The notes under the pieces are model-generated. The model saw nothing but the letters and a program-made list of their open reading frames with translations. It did not search any database and had not been told where the DNA came from. From NCBI RefSeq assembly GCF_035084215.1, contig NC_090361.1, positions 6,820,001 to 6,884,000 of the forward strand: a stretch of DNA of 64,000 nt, written 5' to 3'. Source of the DNA: Heptranchias perlo. Lineage: Eukaryota. Below are positions 1-14,060 of this stretch, piece by piece. A program made the position numbers and the translations under genes. How positions within the stretch are numbered: position 1 is the first letter of the stretch; each line of letters begins with the position of its first letter.

Positions 1-1551
1 GCTACGAGATTACATGTCCTTGGACTGGTTTTTAATGACTGCTTTGTACTCAGAAACATGCATCAGTAAATGACTGGGATTTAGTTGATAAACTAGCCCT
101 TAATCCCTGTGCTACACAGTGGAATCCAGCTGAGGGCAACTCAGTAAGCGGATTAGTGGGCTGCTGAAGGTGTGCAGTACAATCTGCGTGCACAATGATT
201 GGATGCTGAAAACCTCATCCAATCCCGTTTTACACAGAGGTGGATGAATGGCTGTTGCTTTTGGCAAGTTACGAATGTACAAGTTCCACAAGGCATTCAG
301 TACTCAAAAGAGTTAATCTGCGTCATTTCATTTCAGTGATGTGTGCTAGTGGCAAAATACTTGCTTTAGGTGTTTTTTTTTAAATTGGGGTACACTGTTG
401 TTGCGACTAGTTTACTTTGAACATTCAAGGACTAGCACTTTCCCCATAGGGGTCACAATCAGGAACAGGAACCCAGGCCAATTGTCCCCTCCCTGTCCCA
501 GGGGTGTGCCGAGACTAACTGGAGCGCCCCTACCACCACCCCAGTTGAGATTAGCTAACCGGGGACTGACGTGTCCTGTACAATTCAGTTACTCACTGCC
601 TTAAACAGCTGGGCCACCAGGAGAACACTCATTGGATTTTTAAGCAGCTGGATTTCTGCAAACAACAGTCAGCACTCTGCCAGGTGACACAACGGGTGTG
701 AAAGGCTATCAGCTGGTTCGACTCCAGCAGCTGTACTGCAAGTGCTAATGTGTGTCTGTTTCCAAACAGCTTTGTTGAGTACCGAAATAAAACTGCTAAA
801 TCCCATCAGCTGTTCTAACTTGTTTCTCCCCCTGGGTCTTTCATTACCACTTGATAAAGATTTAAACCGCACAAGAATGTTTGCCTGGCCCCATAGGAAC
901 ACGTAATCCCACACTGGTGCACAAGCTCATTTGGTGCTCAAAAGTATCCCGGAGCTTTTTCGTCTCCCCTCTGACCAGCAATCAGGAGTGCAATCTGCCC
1001 GATTTTTCCCCTTTGCTAACCCAGGGACATTTTCTCCCTTTCTCTCCTGAAGGCATTGACTCATGCTGGAGTACCAGTTCCACAGATGCTTCTGCCACTC
1101 TTCAGGTGCCAACCTACGCAGCAAGGTGTCAGTACGATACTGGGGAGGAATGACAGCTTTGTCTTCACCAGAGACCCGCACTTTCCAGCAGGAGTCACCA
1201 AATAAAAATCAGGAACAGGAACCTGGTTGACTTTATACTGGTGAAGCACATCTACAAATAGCCGGGCTGAGACCAGCCAACTCAGCACAGATACAATTGA
1301 TTTGGAACCATCTTAATTCCTACATTACAGCAGCGACTACGCTGCAAAAGTACTTCGTTGGCTGTAAAGCGCTTTGGGACGTCCCGAGGTTGTGAAACGC
1401 GCTATATAAATGCAAGTTCTTTCTGAATCTCTACGGCTCACTGGATAACCTTGTTGAGTCAGTGCAGGAGGTGCTCTGATGGCGGTGAACACATTCCCAA
1501 TAGGGTCTCCAATCAGCCTTCTAGGTTGTGCCAGTCCAGGCAGCCACTTAC

Positions 1552-1666
1552 CGCTCAAGAGAGAGACCCCACGCGATCACAGTCACTCCTTCCGGCAGAC
1601 CCATCGGGAGCAGCATTTCAGGACGGAAAACCCCGGAATTTCCAACTTCCACCCACTTCTTCAATC
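1552..1666 (-). CDS. FARSA: FARSA coding exon 12 (final exon not found in the window)
   Basis: ctccag|(G)[37 protein letters not shown](R)|gtaagt; motif 3; 115 nt. Confidence 0.97.
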
Positions 1667-4287
1667 CTGGAGAAAGCAGAACATTTATTTCTCTTTAAAT
1701 GCAACTCCAGATCCTTTGACCAGAGACCAATTCCGGCATTTGAAAAGCTCCAGTGTCTGTTGCCAACAACAATTCAGTAAGGACGAAATAAAACGGACAC
1801 TACCTAAATCATCCTGTTCATCAGCCAGTTATGGGATTTAGTACAGCATCACACACATGCTAGATCTATTTGTTCAAATCCTGTGGTACAGAAGCCCATC
1901 AATAAATAAAACCCGTGAAACGGATTTACAGTCTGGTTTAAGTCAGCCAAGCTATGGGTATGTAGATTAAAGAAAGGCAAAGCCATGCATTTTACAGCAC
2001 ATCACGTTTCGCATGATGAACGCTGAGCCAAACGCTGAGAGATTAGGAGGGGTGACCTAAAGCTCAGTCAAAGAGGTGGATTTTAAGGAGGGTCTTTAAG
2101 GAGACAGAAGCCGAGTAATATTCGGGGTTTCAGGAGGGAATTCCAGAGCATCGAGTCTAAGCAGTTGAAGGCATAAGAGGCCAATCAGGAACAGCATGTT
2201 TGCGGAGGTGGGGGGGTCCTGGGCTAGGGGGAGGGAAGGTAAGAGTTACCAATGAGGCAAGGCCATGGAGGGATTTAAACACAGATAAGAGTTGTGAAAT
2301 TTGAGGTGTTGGGGAACCAGGAACCACTGTAGATCAATGAGGGCGGATGTGATGGGAGAGCGCAACAGGATATGGGAACGGGGCTTTGGTTAAGTTGAAG
2401 GTGGAGTCTCGGAGGCCAGCCAGGAGGGCACTGAAGTAACGGAATCTGAAGATGCTAAAAGGCACGTTTTGGCTGCAGATGAGCGGAGATGGGGCATTTT
2501 TAGAGGTGGAAGTTGGAAGTCTGTATGATGGAGAGGATATTTGTAGAGGTCTCCTACATGGAAGAGTTTGAAAGGCACTCCCTTACTTATACCTCTAGAA
2601 ATTGCCAGTCAGCTGTAGCTGATTTTCCCCTCCCTAGCCCAGGGGTGCAGAGGCGAACTGCCATCCACATCCGAGATTGGCTAATTCAGCACAGGCCTGG
2701 GATTAAACCTGGGACCTTCTTAGCTTGTGTGGGTCTGTACCACACCCGACAAATCCTTCTCCACAAAACTGTCAGGCAACTCTATTTCTACTTCCTTGAG
2801 CCACAGGTTTTATTTCACAAGATGGGCCTTCATCTGATCCCTTCCTACCATCTTGTTCCTACCGTGCAGCAGATGTAGGCTCAAAGCACTGCAGAGGAAA
2901 TTAGCAACACCCTCACACATTCAAAACATATCTCATGGTCCAGTCTTACTGGGCGATGTCCATCAAGAGAGCCAAAACCAACCAATGAATCAATGTGGAG
3001 CTAAACCCACTTTATTGGGTGATTGGGCTCCTTATGGAGAGCCCCCTTGATCCTAACATGGGTCTCCTAGTTGGAGGCATATCAGAGTCATGCAGTTCCA
3101 GAGGGAGATCCAGCAAGACCCACCTATATGTCAGAACATAAGAAACAGGAGTAGGCCATATAGCCCCCCGTGCCTGCTCCGCCATTCAATAAGATCATGG
3201 TTGATCTTCGACCTTAACTCCACTTTCCCGCCCGATCCCCATATCCCCTGATTCCCCTAGTGTCCAAAAATCTATGAATCTGTGTTGAATGTACTCAAGG
3301 ACTGAACATCCACAGCCCTCTGGCGTAGAGAATTCCGAAGATTCACAACCCTCTGAGTGAAGAAATTCCTCCTCATCTAAGTCTAAATTGGCTGACTCCT
3401 TGTCTTGAGACTATGACCCCTAGTTCTAGACTCTCCAACCAGGGGAAACAATCTCTCAGCATCTACAAGCCCCCTCAAAATCTTATAAGAATGTCAGTGT
3501 GCGAAGTAAAGCACTATATAAAAGTACCGCTATTACTGAATGCTCTGGTAGGTCAGAGAAGATCAGGCACACCCTCCATCTTAATTAGAAACCACTATAG
3601 AGTAGGACTCCCTTCCTGAACTATAGCGAGTAATGGAACAGCAATGTCCAGAGATGCAGTGGGCAATTTCAACAGAACCCTGTGCAAGAGGTAGCCCCAT
3701 GGGAATGGGATCTTCTGCCTCTCCCTCTAAGGAATAGCTGAATAACCAAGTTCAAAGCCAGTCACCCCCACCCAGTCTTTTTTCCTTCTCCCCTGCTGCA
3801 ATATCCCATGTGCAAACCCCCAATTAAAATCCACCATCGCGCATTCTGATTTTGCAGTAACACCATGTGTAGCTTCACTTGATAATGTACCTGCGTCTCT
3901 CTCCCCTTCTCTCCTGGAGGTATCGAGTCACACTAAGGTGAGGCTCCTCATGCATCAGCAGCCCTTGCCCAGCTGCTCATTCTTTGTGCGTGACTACAGT
4001 GTTGGCAGGTTACTCGGCTATGGGGCCCATCTCTTGTCCTCCTCAGACATCCCCACACTCATCACAGCAAGCTCACTCGATAGTAACCCCTGCCTGATTT
4101 GCTCTTTGGAGCCCGGTGGTGGGCAGAGCAAATGCAGCGCCCCTTGAATCCGCCCAAACTGAGATCAGCTAACCCCAAAAAATAATAGGGATTGAAGCAG
4201 GATTTCTGGCTCTGTGCGCGTCAGTACCACACAAAGTATTGCAAACATCAACAGAGTCACCAGGGGAGCTTACCAACAAGAGAAAAA

Positions 4288-4725
4288 CAAGACTTGCATT
4301 TATATCGCTACTTAGTACATCTCTGCAAAATGTCTCAAAGAGCTTCACGTACAATTAATTAGTTTGAATTGAAGTGCCTTATGTAGGAAAACACAGCAGC
4401 CATTTTGCACACAGCAAGATCCCAGAAACAGTACTGTGGTGAAGGACCAGTTAATTAGTTTTGGGTTGAGAGAGGGAACATTGCCCAGGATAGCAGACCT
4501 CCTTGCTCTTCTGAACATACGAACAGGAATAGGCCATTCAGCCCCTCAAGCCTGTTCCGCCAGATCATCGCTTCCTTGAACGGTGACAGGGAATCTTGAG
4601 GGTCCACCTGAACAGACAGACTTGGTTTAACGGCTGACCCAAAGAATGGCCCGCTACAGTACAGCAATGGATTGCCAGCCTAGGTTCTGTGCTCGAGTCC
4701 TGCTGTGGGGCTTTAACAACCTTCA
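4288..4725 (-). mobile_element. DeuSINE-like copy interrupted by a short CR1 3' tail (about 4514..4570)
   Basis: Same family motifs; embedded gaacaggaataggccattcagcccctcaagcc. Confidence 0.7.
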
Positions 4726-5146
4726 ACAACTGCTCATCAGTTTGTAATGTTTTTAATTTCTCAAAAAGGGAGGGAAAAAAACCCAAAGCAGTTTGAAAAG
4801 TTGACGTAAGTATCACAGTTTTTAAAGAGAATTAAAAGTGCAATCTGCTTTTAGCACGGGATTTGTGACAGATTTAAAAGACCATATGGAGATGGGTAAA
4901 AGCTTAATTGCCCAATTACTGTATTAGCTTGACAGGAGCTGCTTTATGCTTGATCGGGCCCTATTCAGCTTATTAAGAAGAGACCCTTTCATCCATTTGG
5001 CACAAATTACACACAAAAAAAAGTGAATCTGTCTCAATCAGCAAAGTAACAAATAGACAGATTTGACTCTTGCACCTTCAGTCTGAAAAACAATTCTATT
5101 TTGAAAAAGTGGAGGCTGTGGATTAAATAAAAAGGTTATGCAAATC

Positions 5147-5505
5147 TGGTAACGCTCTCACCTCCCGAGTCAGAAGGTTGTAGGCTCAAGCCCCATTACA
5201 GACTTGAGCACGTAACCTTGGCCGTGCAGTACTGAGGGAGTGCAGCGTTGTTACAGGTGCTGTCTTTCAGATGTTGAACAGAGGCCTCGTCTGCCTGCAC
5301 AGGTGAATGGAAACAATCCCATGGCACTACTTGAAGAGTAAGGAGGGTCATTCATTCATTTACCGTTTGTGGGATCTTGCTGTGCATTAAATGGCTGCCA
5401 TGTTTGCCGACTTAACAGTGACAGTGCTTCAAAAATAATCGATTGGTTGTAAAGTGCTTTGAAATGTCCTGTTAAGTCACCATATAAATGCAAATTCTTT
5501 CTTCC
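5147..5505 (+). mobile_element. DeuSINE-like copy
   Basis: Colinear with the reverse complement of 14061..14495. Confidence 0.75.
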
Positions 5506-6128
5506 TTTCAATCTACCGTTTACATTTTGTGCTTAGTGATGGTTCTGCATGAAACAGAGAACATTCCACTGCCTCCTCACCCCAAGGATCTTAGTCGAAG
5601 CAGCAGTGGTGATGCTACATTTGGCCTCTGTGCTCCCGAGATAAGGGCTCCTGCTTCTGATCATCATTCAATGACTACTCCTGGATGGGGAGGGAGGGCG
5701 GGGGTGTGTGTGCGCAAGAGAGCGAGAGATAAATCAGCCTTCACGGTGATGCCCCCCATAGATATACAACCTGCTTACGCACACACAGTCTAGGTTTCTA
5801 CATGAAGAACTTGAGAAAGGTGCTGGATGGGGGAACTGCCACTCACGAAGCCCCTACCTCAGCAAGAATCAGTGCCATAAGGAGGGGCCATAAAGAGCTA
5901 TATAAATTCAACCTGGGCAAGTGGCATATAGACATTGCAGTGATGGATTATAATATTGAAATAGAGGCTCTTGGATGAGACAATAAAAGGGTTATTAAAG
6001 AAAATGAGTACCCCCAGGAGGAGGAGGAGGCATTCCCACCCCAGTCATTGCATGAACTTCAAACAGTTTGTGATCTACCACATCAGGCTTTCTCCAGCCT
6101 TAACACTTAGTCCCCATTTCACTCATAC

Positions 6129-6206
6129 CTTCATGATAGCTGAAGATCTCCATACTTGGCTCAGTGTAAGGGTTGAAGGCTGGCTTATAACGCAGTTTGG
6201 TTATAC
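6129..6206 (-). CDS. FARSA: FARSA coding exon 11
   Basis: gacag|(G)[25 protein letters not shown]|gtatga; 78 nt. Confidence 0.96.
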
Positions 6207-6349
6207 CTGTCAACAGGAAAAACAGAAAAAGACCCTCAAAAACTTCACATTTTTAAAGATTTTATGGGAAAATTAAAAGCCCACTTTTTATTAATAAACC
6301 TCGATTTTCAATAGGAGGCCAAGAAACAGTAAGTGAGAAGACAAGATAT

Positions 6350-6740
6350 ATCATAGCATAATGGTTGTTACCGGACTAGCAATCCAGAGGCCTGGACCAA
6401 CAATCCAGAGAACGCAAGTTCAAATCCCACCATAGCAGTTGAAAATTTAAATTCAGTTAAAAGAAAACGTGAAAATAAAAAGCTAGTGAAAAACTGACCA
6501 CGTAGCCAACTGGCTCACCAATGCCTTTTAGGGAAGGAAATCGGCCATCCTTACCCAGTACATGTGACTCCAGACCCACACCAATGCGGTCAACTCAACT
6601 GTCTTCTGAAGCGGTCTCGCAAGCCATGCACAGTTGCATCAGACCGCCATCAGCAGTTCAAGCCTTCCCGTGGTGACTAGGGAACTGTGCGATAAATCCC
6701 AACCGTGCCAGCGATGCCCACATCCCGAGAATGCATGAAT
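6350..6740 (+). mobile_element. tRNA-derived SINE with a LINE-derived 3' tail
   Basis: B-box GTTCAAATCC near 6418; tail gcagttcaag...gatgcccacatccc shared with 20800..21120. Confidence 0.65.
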
Positions 6741-7226
6741 TATTTTTTTATTTTTTTTAAAGGACCAATGATTAGGTGGCTTTAAGCTTTGGGTTTTAAA
6801 AGCCTGTGGATTATAGGAATGAGGGAGATGAGTTTCACAATTTTGACATTATTGAGTTGGATGTCATGAGAGCTGAATTAACATGGTCACTTGAAGCATC
6901 CATTAGTGACTATTTCTACCGATGTTAAAATTCAACTTCATCATTTCAATCCCAGCAGCTCCCCTTAAGCCTCGTCCCTAACAAGGTCTTCCACACTGAA
7001 ACAGCAGTGGAGAAAAATAAACTGGTAAAGCAAAAAAAAAATACATTAAACGTAATATAAATTCTTTATAAATGGGTTTATTACCTTCCAAAAAACAGTA
7101 TTATTCCTCAAATCTTTCAAAGAGAGACACACGTCACAATATATGGGCAGGAGCGATTTTTCCCCTGGCTCAAGTGTCAGTACTTACAGGAGAGAACAGA
7201 AAAGAACCATAGAGATAAGGTCTCAC

Positions 7227-7395
7227 CTAGTTTAATGAAGAACTGCTGAAGAACACCCATCAGGTCACCCAGGGTCAGATTGTAATCTGCTACCACCCCC
7301 TCAATCTGGTGAAACTCCGCCAAGTGAGTGGCGTCCAGCGATTCGTTGCGGAAGACTCGATCGATGGAGAAATACTTCACGGGTGTGAACACTTC
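7227..7395 (-). CDS. FARSA: FARSA coding exon 10
   Basis: tacag|[56 protein letters not shown]|gtgaga; class II aaRS motif 2; 169 nt. Confidence 0.97.
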
Positions 7396-8895
7396 CTGTA
7401 CAGTTCGGGGAGAGGATGACAGAAAACATTATTGTATTGGGTAGGCTGGACAGGAAAAAAAGAGAACATGCTTTGGACACAGTGTGAAGTCTATTGTGGA
7501 AGTTGCACCTCGTTGTAACTCTTTCTTTGCATTTTGTATCTTTGTTTCCCGCCCCCCTCAAAGCTACGGCTGGCCTCCAGAAAGACCCATTTAACCAGAT
7601 CTTCTTGCAGGCCTGCCTAAGTACACCTAGCAAGTTAACATTAGGGTTACCAGCAGTTGGGAGAGACCCCTCCACATTGGGAGTAGGAGGCCACAGTACC
7701 CCACTACTCCAGCAGCTAGGAGAGATCCACGCGTCAGGAGCCAGCAACTCCAGCACCCCGCAGCTACGAGATGCCTACGTCAGGGTGACTCCAGTGCCCT
7801 ACTACACCCCATATGATGACAGCTTAATACTCCATTTTTACTGTTTGTTAAGAGTTCCCTGACCCCATCGGATCACTCAACACTAAAACCTAACTGGCAT
7901 TCGGAAGGCAGTGAGCGGAGCTCTGCTATACACACGACGCCATTCTCCTTGGGCAGGGCGCGTTGCAAGAGCTGGCAGTATAATTCAGGTCTGGCAGTCT
8001 CACACCAGACTCCACAGCCCAGTACATGAACATACACTTGAGGTACATCAAGACCGTATCTATTGTCCAAAGACCCTCTTTCATTATTTTTTGCACCTGC
8101 TGGAGATTATGCTATTCCTTCTAATTGCCCACTTGACTGGAGAAAGTATTATCTCTGTAGCTAGAGGGCAATAACCAAAAGGTCAGTCAACACTTAGTGA
8201 GCTTCCAATGCTCACAATTTTGTCTTGTATGTTGGGTTAGGGAAGGAGAGAAAGGCAAGAAAAATCAGATCTCACCATTTACTGGAAGTGACATTCAGTC
8301 ATCTTAGTTCAGAAAATGCAACCCATTTTAACGTATTGCACTCAAACACTACAAAAAAGAAGTTTAAACGGTATATCCAAATGATTACTCTTATCAACTA
8401 TAAATGTCACTCCCTAATATGAGCAGCCACCTTTTCATCCCCATTGAGAACTTTAAAAAAAACCCTTTCACATGTGGTAAGGAAACATTAATACTTTGTG
8501 GACATGAGCACTACCAAGATTAAGGCATAGTGTGCTGTTCTGTCCTGTGACTGCTATATCCACACACGTACCAACATATTAAAGGCTTGTGGAGGTGCTG
8601 TCCTGATGACTTTAGCTGGTTAAAGTAGGGAGTAGCTGAACTGCACGCACCCTAGGCTTGATCCCTGACCTGTGCTGAGTTTGCAGTGAGGAATGTTAAC
8701 AGTTTAGTGCCCTGGGGACAAGGAGGATAAATCAAATGGGCCTAGGATTCGCCATCCCAATTACTGCTGTACAATGCATTTACCCAGGGCTGGGGGAAGG
8801 ACTCACACGTGAAGAGCAGTCACTTGGATGAAGCACTGGAGACTGCGGCACCTGTGAATTCATTCCCTCGCAGGGGAAGGGAAAAATCCACTCAC

Positions 8896-8995
8896 CTCTC
8901 GGGCAAGCTTGTACAGCATCCGTGCACTGACAGCTGTTGTGTGCGTTCGCAAGAGATTCTTTTGCGCTTCTTCAATCTTCCAGTCGTATTTGTAT
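8896..8995 (-). CDS. FARSA: FARSA coding exon 9
   Basis: ttcag|[33 protein letters not shown]|gtgagt; LRTHTT motif; 100 nt. Confidence 0.97.
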
Positions 8996-9778
8996 CTGAA
9001 TACGTACACAAACACTAAACATTACTGACGCCACGAGGAACTAAAAAGAGTGCAACTTTTTGCACAACTTTACACATGGCACACTTCTCTTCAACTTGAA
9101 ACAGAAACCCCTTTTAAAAGATCTTGTCATTTGCAATAGTCTTCTCCCCCTCCTGGTTCTCTTCCCTGCCCCCATCCCCATCAAAAGCAAACTGAGTATC
9201 ATCCAAACAAGGGGCTGCTTTAACCAGCAAGAGGTAGAAGCAGATAAACAGCGTCTAAAGTCTAACAGGCCTTGCTGTGATACAATTATAATTCGTGCAC
9301 TCTCTAGAGAATTGTTAAATCTAGTGTACGAGTTGCACTGTCCCTTGAATTTGAAAGCAAAATACCGCAGATGCTGGAAAATCTGAAACAAAAACAGAAA
9401 ATGCTGGAAACACACAACAGGTCAGTCGGCACCCGTGGAAAGAACAGACAAGTTAACATTCAGTTCCGAAAAAGGGCTGCTACTGAATTGTAAACTGTCT
9501 TCTCCACAGATGCTGATGGACCTGCGTTTTACTTTTTCTTTCACGGACTCAGGACGTCCTAAAGCGCTTTACAGCCAATGAAGTACCTCTGAAATGCGGC
9601 AGCCAATTTGCACATAGCAAGGTCCCACAAACAGCAATGTGTTAATGACCAGATAATCTATTTTTAGTGGTGTTGGTTGACAACATTAGAAATCCAAATG
9701 TAAAAGCTCTGCACACTATACAAAGACAAATAAAACACACAACTCCTAACCGAACACAAGTAATTGGTGCTCACTTAC

Positions 9779-9863
9779 CCCTGGGATCCATATCCTCCCT
9801 CTGAATGGACCTTCTTTACTCTTTCGAGATAATCCATTGGAAATTGTGTCGCAATGGCAGGTT
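9779..9863 (-). CDS. FARSA: FARSA coding exon 8
   Basis: cccag|(E)[27 protein letters not shown](G)|gtaagt; 85 nt. Confidence 0.96.
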
Positions 9864-10769
9864 CTGGGATTGGTTAAAAGAGAAAGAACGGGAATAATTA
9901 ATAAGCAAAATTCCAAAAGGGAAGTTTTCATTATTGCCCATCCCACAGAACATAACATGGCACGACCTAGTGTGTCCTGTACAGATGTGGTTAATATCAC
10001 TTCTCCATTAAACCACTGCAGGTTGGTTAATTGGAGTCAGTTCATTCCATGTACAGAAGGGCGTAATACGGGGTTGGAACGAACAAAAATGGGAGACTTG
10101 CATTTATCTAGCACCATGTCTCAAACTTCTCAAAGTGTTGCACATGGATTACTTTAAAGTGCAGTCACTATTAAGGAAGCAAACGTGCAGCCATTTTCCA
10201 CCCACCAAGATTCCACAAACAGCAATGAGATGAATAACTAGAAAATCTGTTCTTTAGTTGGAGGGATTTTGACGCACACAAGGCGTGATTGTGGAGTTAC
10301 AAATTTAGATCTTGGGTGCTACCAAGAGAGACGTGCGTGTACAAGGGCGCGCACACACACAGTTCACAATCTCAGCCATACAAACCAGTCATTTCCCTAG
10401 GGTGGGAGAGGGCAAGAGAAGGGGAAAATCAACTGAGAAGGAAGAATAAAAAAAAATCACCCCAGGTGACTCTTGCTCTCCTCCCAGCAGGCTGTTGTGA
10501 AGCAGATGGACGAGGCTTGGCAGCAGGGAAAGAGGTATTAGGGAGCATCAGATCTAAAAAAAGGTAAAAATCTCAGGCCACTCTCGTGTTCCTCCTATCC
10601 ATGAATTAGAGGAACAAGGCCTGGGAGCAGGTTGCCAGTCAGCCCCTTGACAAAGGAGGGGTGCATGCATGGGAAGGGATGAAATAAAAAATAATCAACG
10701 GATCAAGGCAACATTTGCTAACTACAGCTACTAAACGTTCTCTCTCCCCCTTGGACCTCATTCTATCTT

Positions 10770-11100
10770 GGCTCCTTTTCTCATCTGAAGCCCTGACTCA
10801 TGGTTTCACAAGTGCAGATTAACCAAGTGCTCATTACCTACACGTGAGCCTAGACAATGACTATCAACAGGCCACAGCTGAACCCAATCCCGTCCTCACC
10901 CCACTCGCATGCACTTTCCAGTCGGGGTCACTGGACAGCAACCAGGCAGAGAAACCCTGGCTTTCCCCTCCCTGGTACACTGGCACCAAATAGTGCCTCT
11001 CGGGGAGACCAAGGAACTAATCACAGATCAGAGAACAAATTGCAACCTTCTAATCTTTTTGACTCAGTATTGCGCCATGCGACCCACTGAGCCATCGGGG
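10770..11100 (-). mobile_element. LF-SINE-like element. Further copies near 446-622, 1030-1310, 2615-2750, 3895-4270, 5600-5890, 8600-8890, 13120-13400, 34830-35200, 39700-40095, 42860-43230, 55715-56020
   Basis: Recurrent motifs ctgtgctgagttagctgatctcag, ccagggttcctgctcctgat, cagtgacccc..ctggaaagtgc and tgtctaggctcac. Family name recalled from memory of the LF-SINE consensus. Confidence 0.6.
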
Positions 11101-11160
11101 AGCTTAAAAGTTGGCGTTTAAACTCACTGTTACCCATTCCCCCCTCCCCAACCCACCTCA

Positions 11161-11316
<156 letters not shown>

Positions 11317-11774
11317 TTACACACCCCTCGAGGGACTGCAGTAATTTTCCTCCCCTTCACTATGTTCTGTGAAAAGTGACATTCTAATAAAAACACTTTG
11401 ACAAGAGTGTAGCCACACCTGTCCTCTTATAGCGGTCTCAAAAATAAATAAAACTCCAGCGGAGATTCACCAACACGATGCACAAATGTTATTGTACACA
11501 AAAAGCGCAAATAATAAGGGCTGCATGTCTTGTCTCGAATTGGCTTAAAACATTTCCAAAAACAAAGAGAAAACGCTGCAGGGAAATGGCAGGCTAACAT
11601 TTCGGGTGTTGACCCTTCAGTTCTGATCACTTGGGTCCTTAAAACTGGGGAAAGTACTGTACTGTCTTTCGGGTTAGACGTTAAAGAGAGGTTCCCCCCC
11701 CCCACCCTCGCCAGGCTGATGGGGATGGAGGTCCAAAACCCAGCACAGCAGTAAGTGGTGTACAGCCACAGGAA

Positions 11775-12191
11775 AAAGACAAACTTAGAGCAGAGAAGGT
11801 TGAGAAGGGATTTTGACAGACGCATTCAAAATCATGAAGGGTTTAGATAAAGTAAATGAAGAGAAACTGTTCCCATTGGCAGAAGGGTCGAGAACCAGAG
11901 AACGCAGATTTGAGGCGATTGGCAAAAGAACCAGAGGCGACAGGAGGAAAAACTTTTTTTAATGCAGCGAGTAGTTATGATCTGGAACGCGCTGCCTGAA
12001 AGGGTGGTGGAAGCAGATTCAATCGTGGCTTTCAAAAAGGAATTTAATAAATACTTGAAGGGAAAAAATTTGCAGGGCTACGGGGAAAGAGCAGAGGAAC
12101 GGGACTGACTGGAATGCTCGTACAAAGAGCCGGCACGGGCTTGATGGGCCAAATGGCCTCCTTCTGTGCTGTAACCATTCTATGATTCTAT
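11775..12191 (+). mobile_element. CR1 3' fragment with (ATTCTATG)n tail. Related copies at 27540..27938, 56055..56537, 62640..62878, and on the minus strand at 15793..15990, 50812..51345, 59683..59900
   Basis: gagtagttatgatctggaacgcgctgcctgaaagggtggtggaagcagattc; CR1 octamer tail. Confidence 0.88.
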
Positions 12192-12650
12192 AAACCGAAG
12201 CTTCCTTCATAGTGTAGCTGTAGAAACGAAGCCCCAACAACACCAGCTCAGGTTCCGAGGGAGGGAGCGGGGATAAGAACAAGGGCACGAAGATAAGCAC
12301 CTGCTTTATTTGGGGGGGGGGGGGGGGGGGGGGTGGCGGGAGAGGAAAGAAGTGGAAGGGAAGAAAAGTAGAGACTCTGACCCCGCTGAGGGCCTACTGT
12401 CCAGCCTCAGGGTAGTGATACACAACAGCTTTTTACTATACCATTGTAACACAGAACAGGAGCACAAACTCCCTTCATACACATTAGTTAAATACAACTG
12501 AATAATCAGTGCATTTCCGATTAGTGTCCTCGGAATGCAATCAGCTGACATGATCATCAGCTACTTTTCCAATTCTTTTCCTCTCCTCTACAAAAAAAAA
12601 CATGGTTAATCGCAGATCAATTTAGATTTAATAAAATAAACTCCACTCAC

Positions 12651-12779
12651 CCCATTTCCAGGAATATCTGTCGGAACTGTGTTCGGACCTTCATCAAGGG
12701 GTGCAAGTGGCCACAGTCCGGAATGATGCCCAGGGCGTCAAAGTTGTACGGCTTGAACTGCTTCCCCTGCCATGAGCCA
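12651..12779 (-). CDS. FARSA: FARSA coding exon 6
   Basis: gacag|[42 protein letters not shown](G)|gtgagt; contains the conserved GHLHPL segment; 129 nt. Confidence 0.97.
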
Positions 12780-13747
12780 CTGTCAACAGAATTCACACGG
12801 ATGTGGCTTAGGGACCTCAGTGCTGCTTTCATTAACAATAACCCTCTGAGCTGATCAGGCGCACAGGCTCAATTCATTTAGGGAAACTTAGTTATCTCAT
12901 AATTTGTGTTTTACCATGGGTACAACAATTAGTAGACAGTCCAGTTTAAAATGGGAACAAAACTGGATTACGGTGGATCAGCAGGTTATGTCAAGAACAA
13001 GAACAGTCACAAATTCAGACTGCTGTTTGTAGGTGTACAATGGGGTGTGGTACTGAGCCACACAGGTTCCAACTCCAATGCCCATTTTAAGATGCTGGTC
13101 TCCCCCAGAGCATCGGACGGAGTATTACAATAGCCTTCAGCACTAAAGGGAGAGGAAAAATGAAAATCAACCAAGGTTTCTACTCCCAATTACCATCCAG
13201 CGACTCTGCTATAGAGCGTGCCTGACTGGAGACTGGGCACGAACAGCATCGGGGCTCAACTGTGCTGCCTTTCTGTACTTGAATAGCACGCCGACACTCA
13301 CCATCCGGCGAATAGCCACTTTGACCGCGTACTAAAGACCCACTGGATCCCACGGAGCGGTTTCCCGCAAGGGTCAGCGCTTCTCAGGGGAAGGAAGAAT
13401 GAAAAACTGAAAACACTCCCATTTAAACTCAAACTAACGGTCCAGTACTTGTCATAATTGCAAGTTTTGTAACTGCTTGATTTAGGTCTCCTGTTCATTA
13501 GCAGCCAGGCTGCTAGGGGAATGCTTGCTCAGTGTTCGGTTTGCCGCAGTATGATCCACTACCCCTACCCGTCATGGCTGCCACCTTCATGGTGCGTGAG
13601 CCTGAGGCACAAGCCCATTAAATTCCATCAGAGCTGCAGCCACTGCTGTTGGTGTTCAATGCAGTAGGTTTCTCTTTAAGCCAAAATGCCTTTAACACTT
13701 ATTTACTGTGAAGTCCTTATGCCTGTTTGAGAGTTGTTAAATCTTAC

Positions 13748-13840
13748 TTGGCGATCATCTCCGGGGTGAGCTCAGTGTCTTGTTTAACCACCGTGGTGCT
13801 GAACAAGTTTCCTTTGGTGATCCAGTAGGTCTTCACCGTC
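13748..13840 (-). CDS. FARSA: FARSA coding exon 5
   Basis: ctgtag|[30 protein letters not shown]|gtaaga; 93 nt, phase 2-2. Confidence 0.95.
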
Positions 13841-14060
13841 CTACAGAAAAGGAACATCAATTCGATTATGCGTTACTCGCAGCGAAACGGTCAGCTCATA
13901 GGAATGTAGGGGACTTTCGTTTTCTGTATTTTTCCCTTCCCCTTTCCCCCCCCCCCCATTTTCAGTCTGCCCACCGTAGCAGGGCCTAGGCTGAGGGGCA
14001 GGCAGGTGACGTTTGGCCTCTGCTTGATGCCATTCTGCAGCCTATCTCCAAGAGCAGCAT

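Noticed and set aside
669-1288. Cluster of short ORFs as the missing last FARSA exon or another gene
   Set aside because: No PTMIKYGINNIRELVGHKV-like peptide; part of the region is an LF-SINE-like copy.
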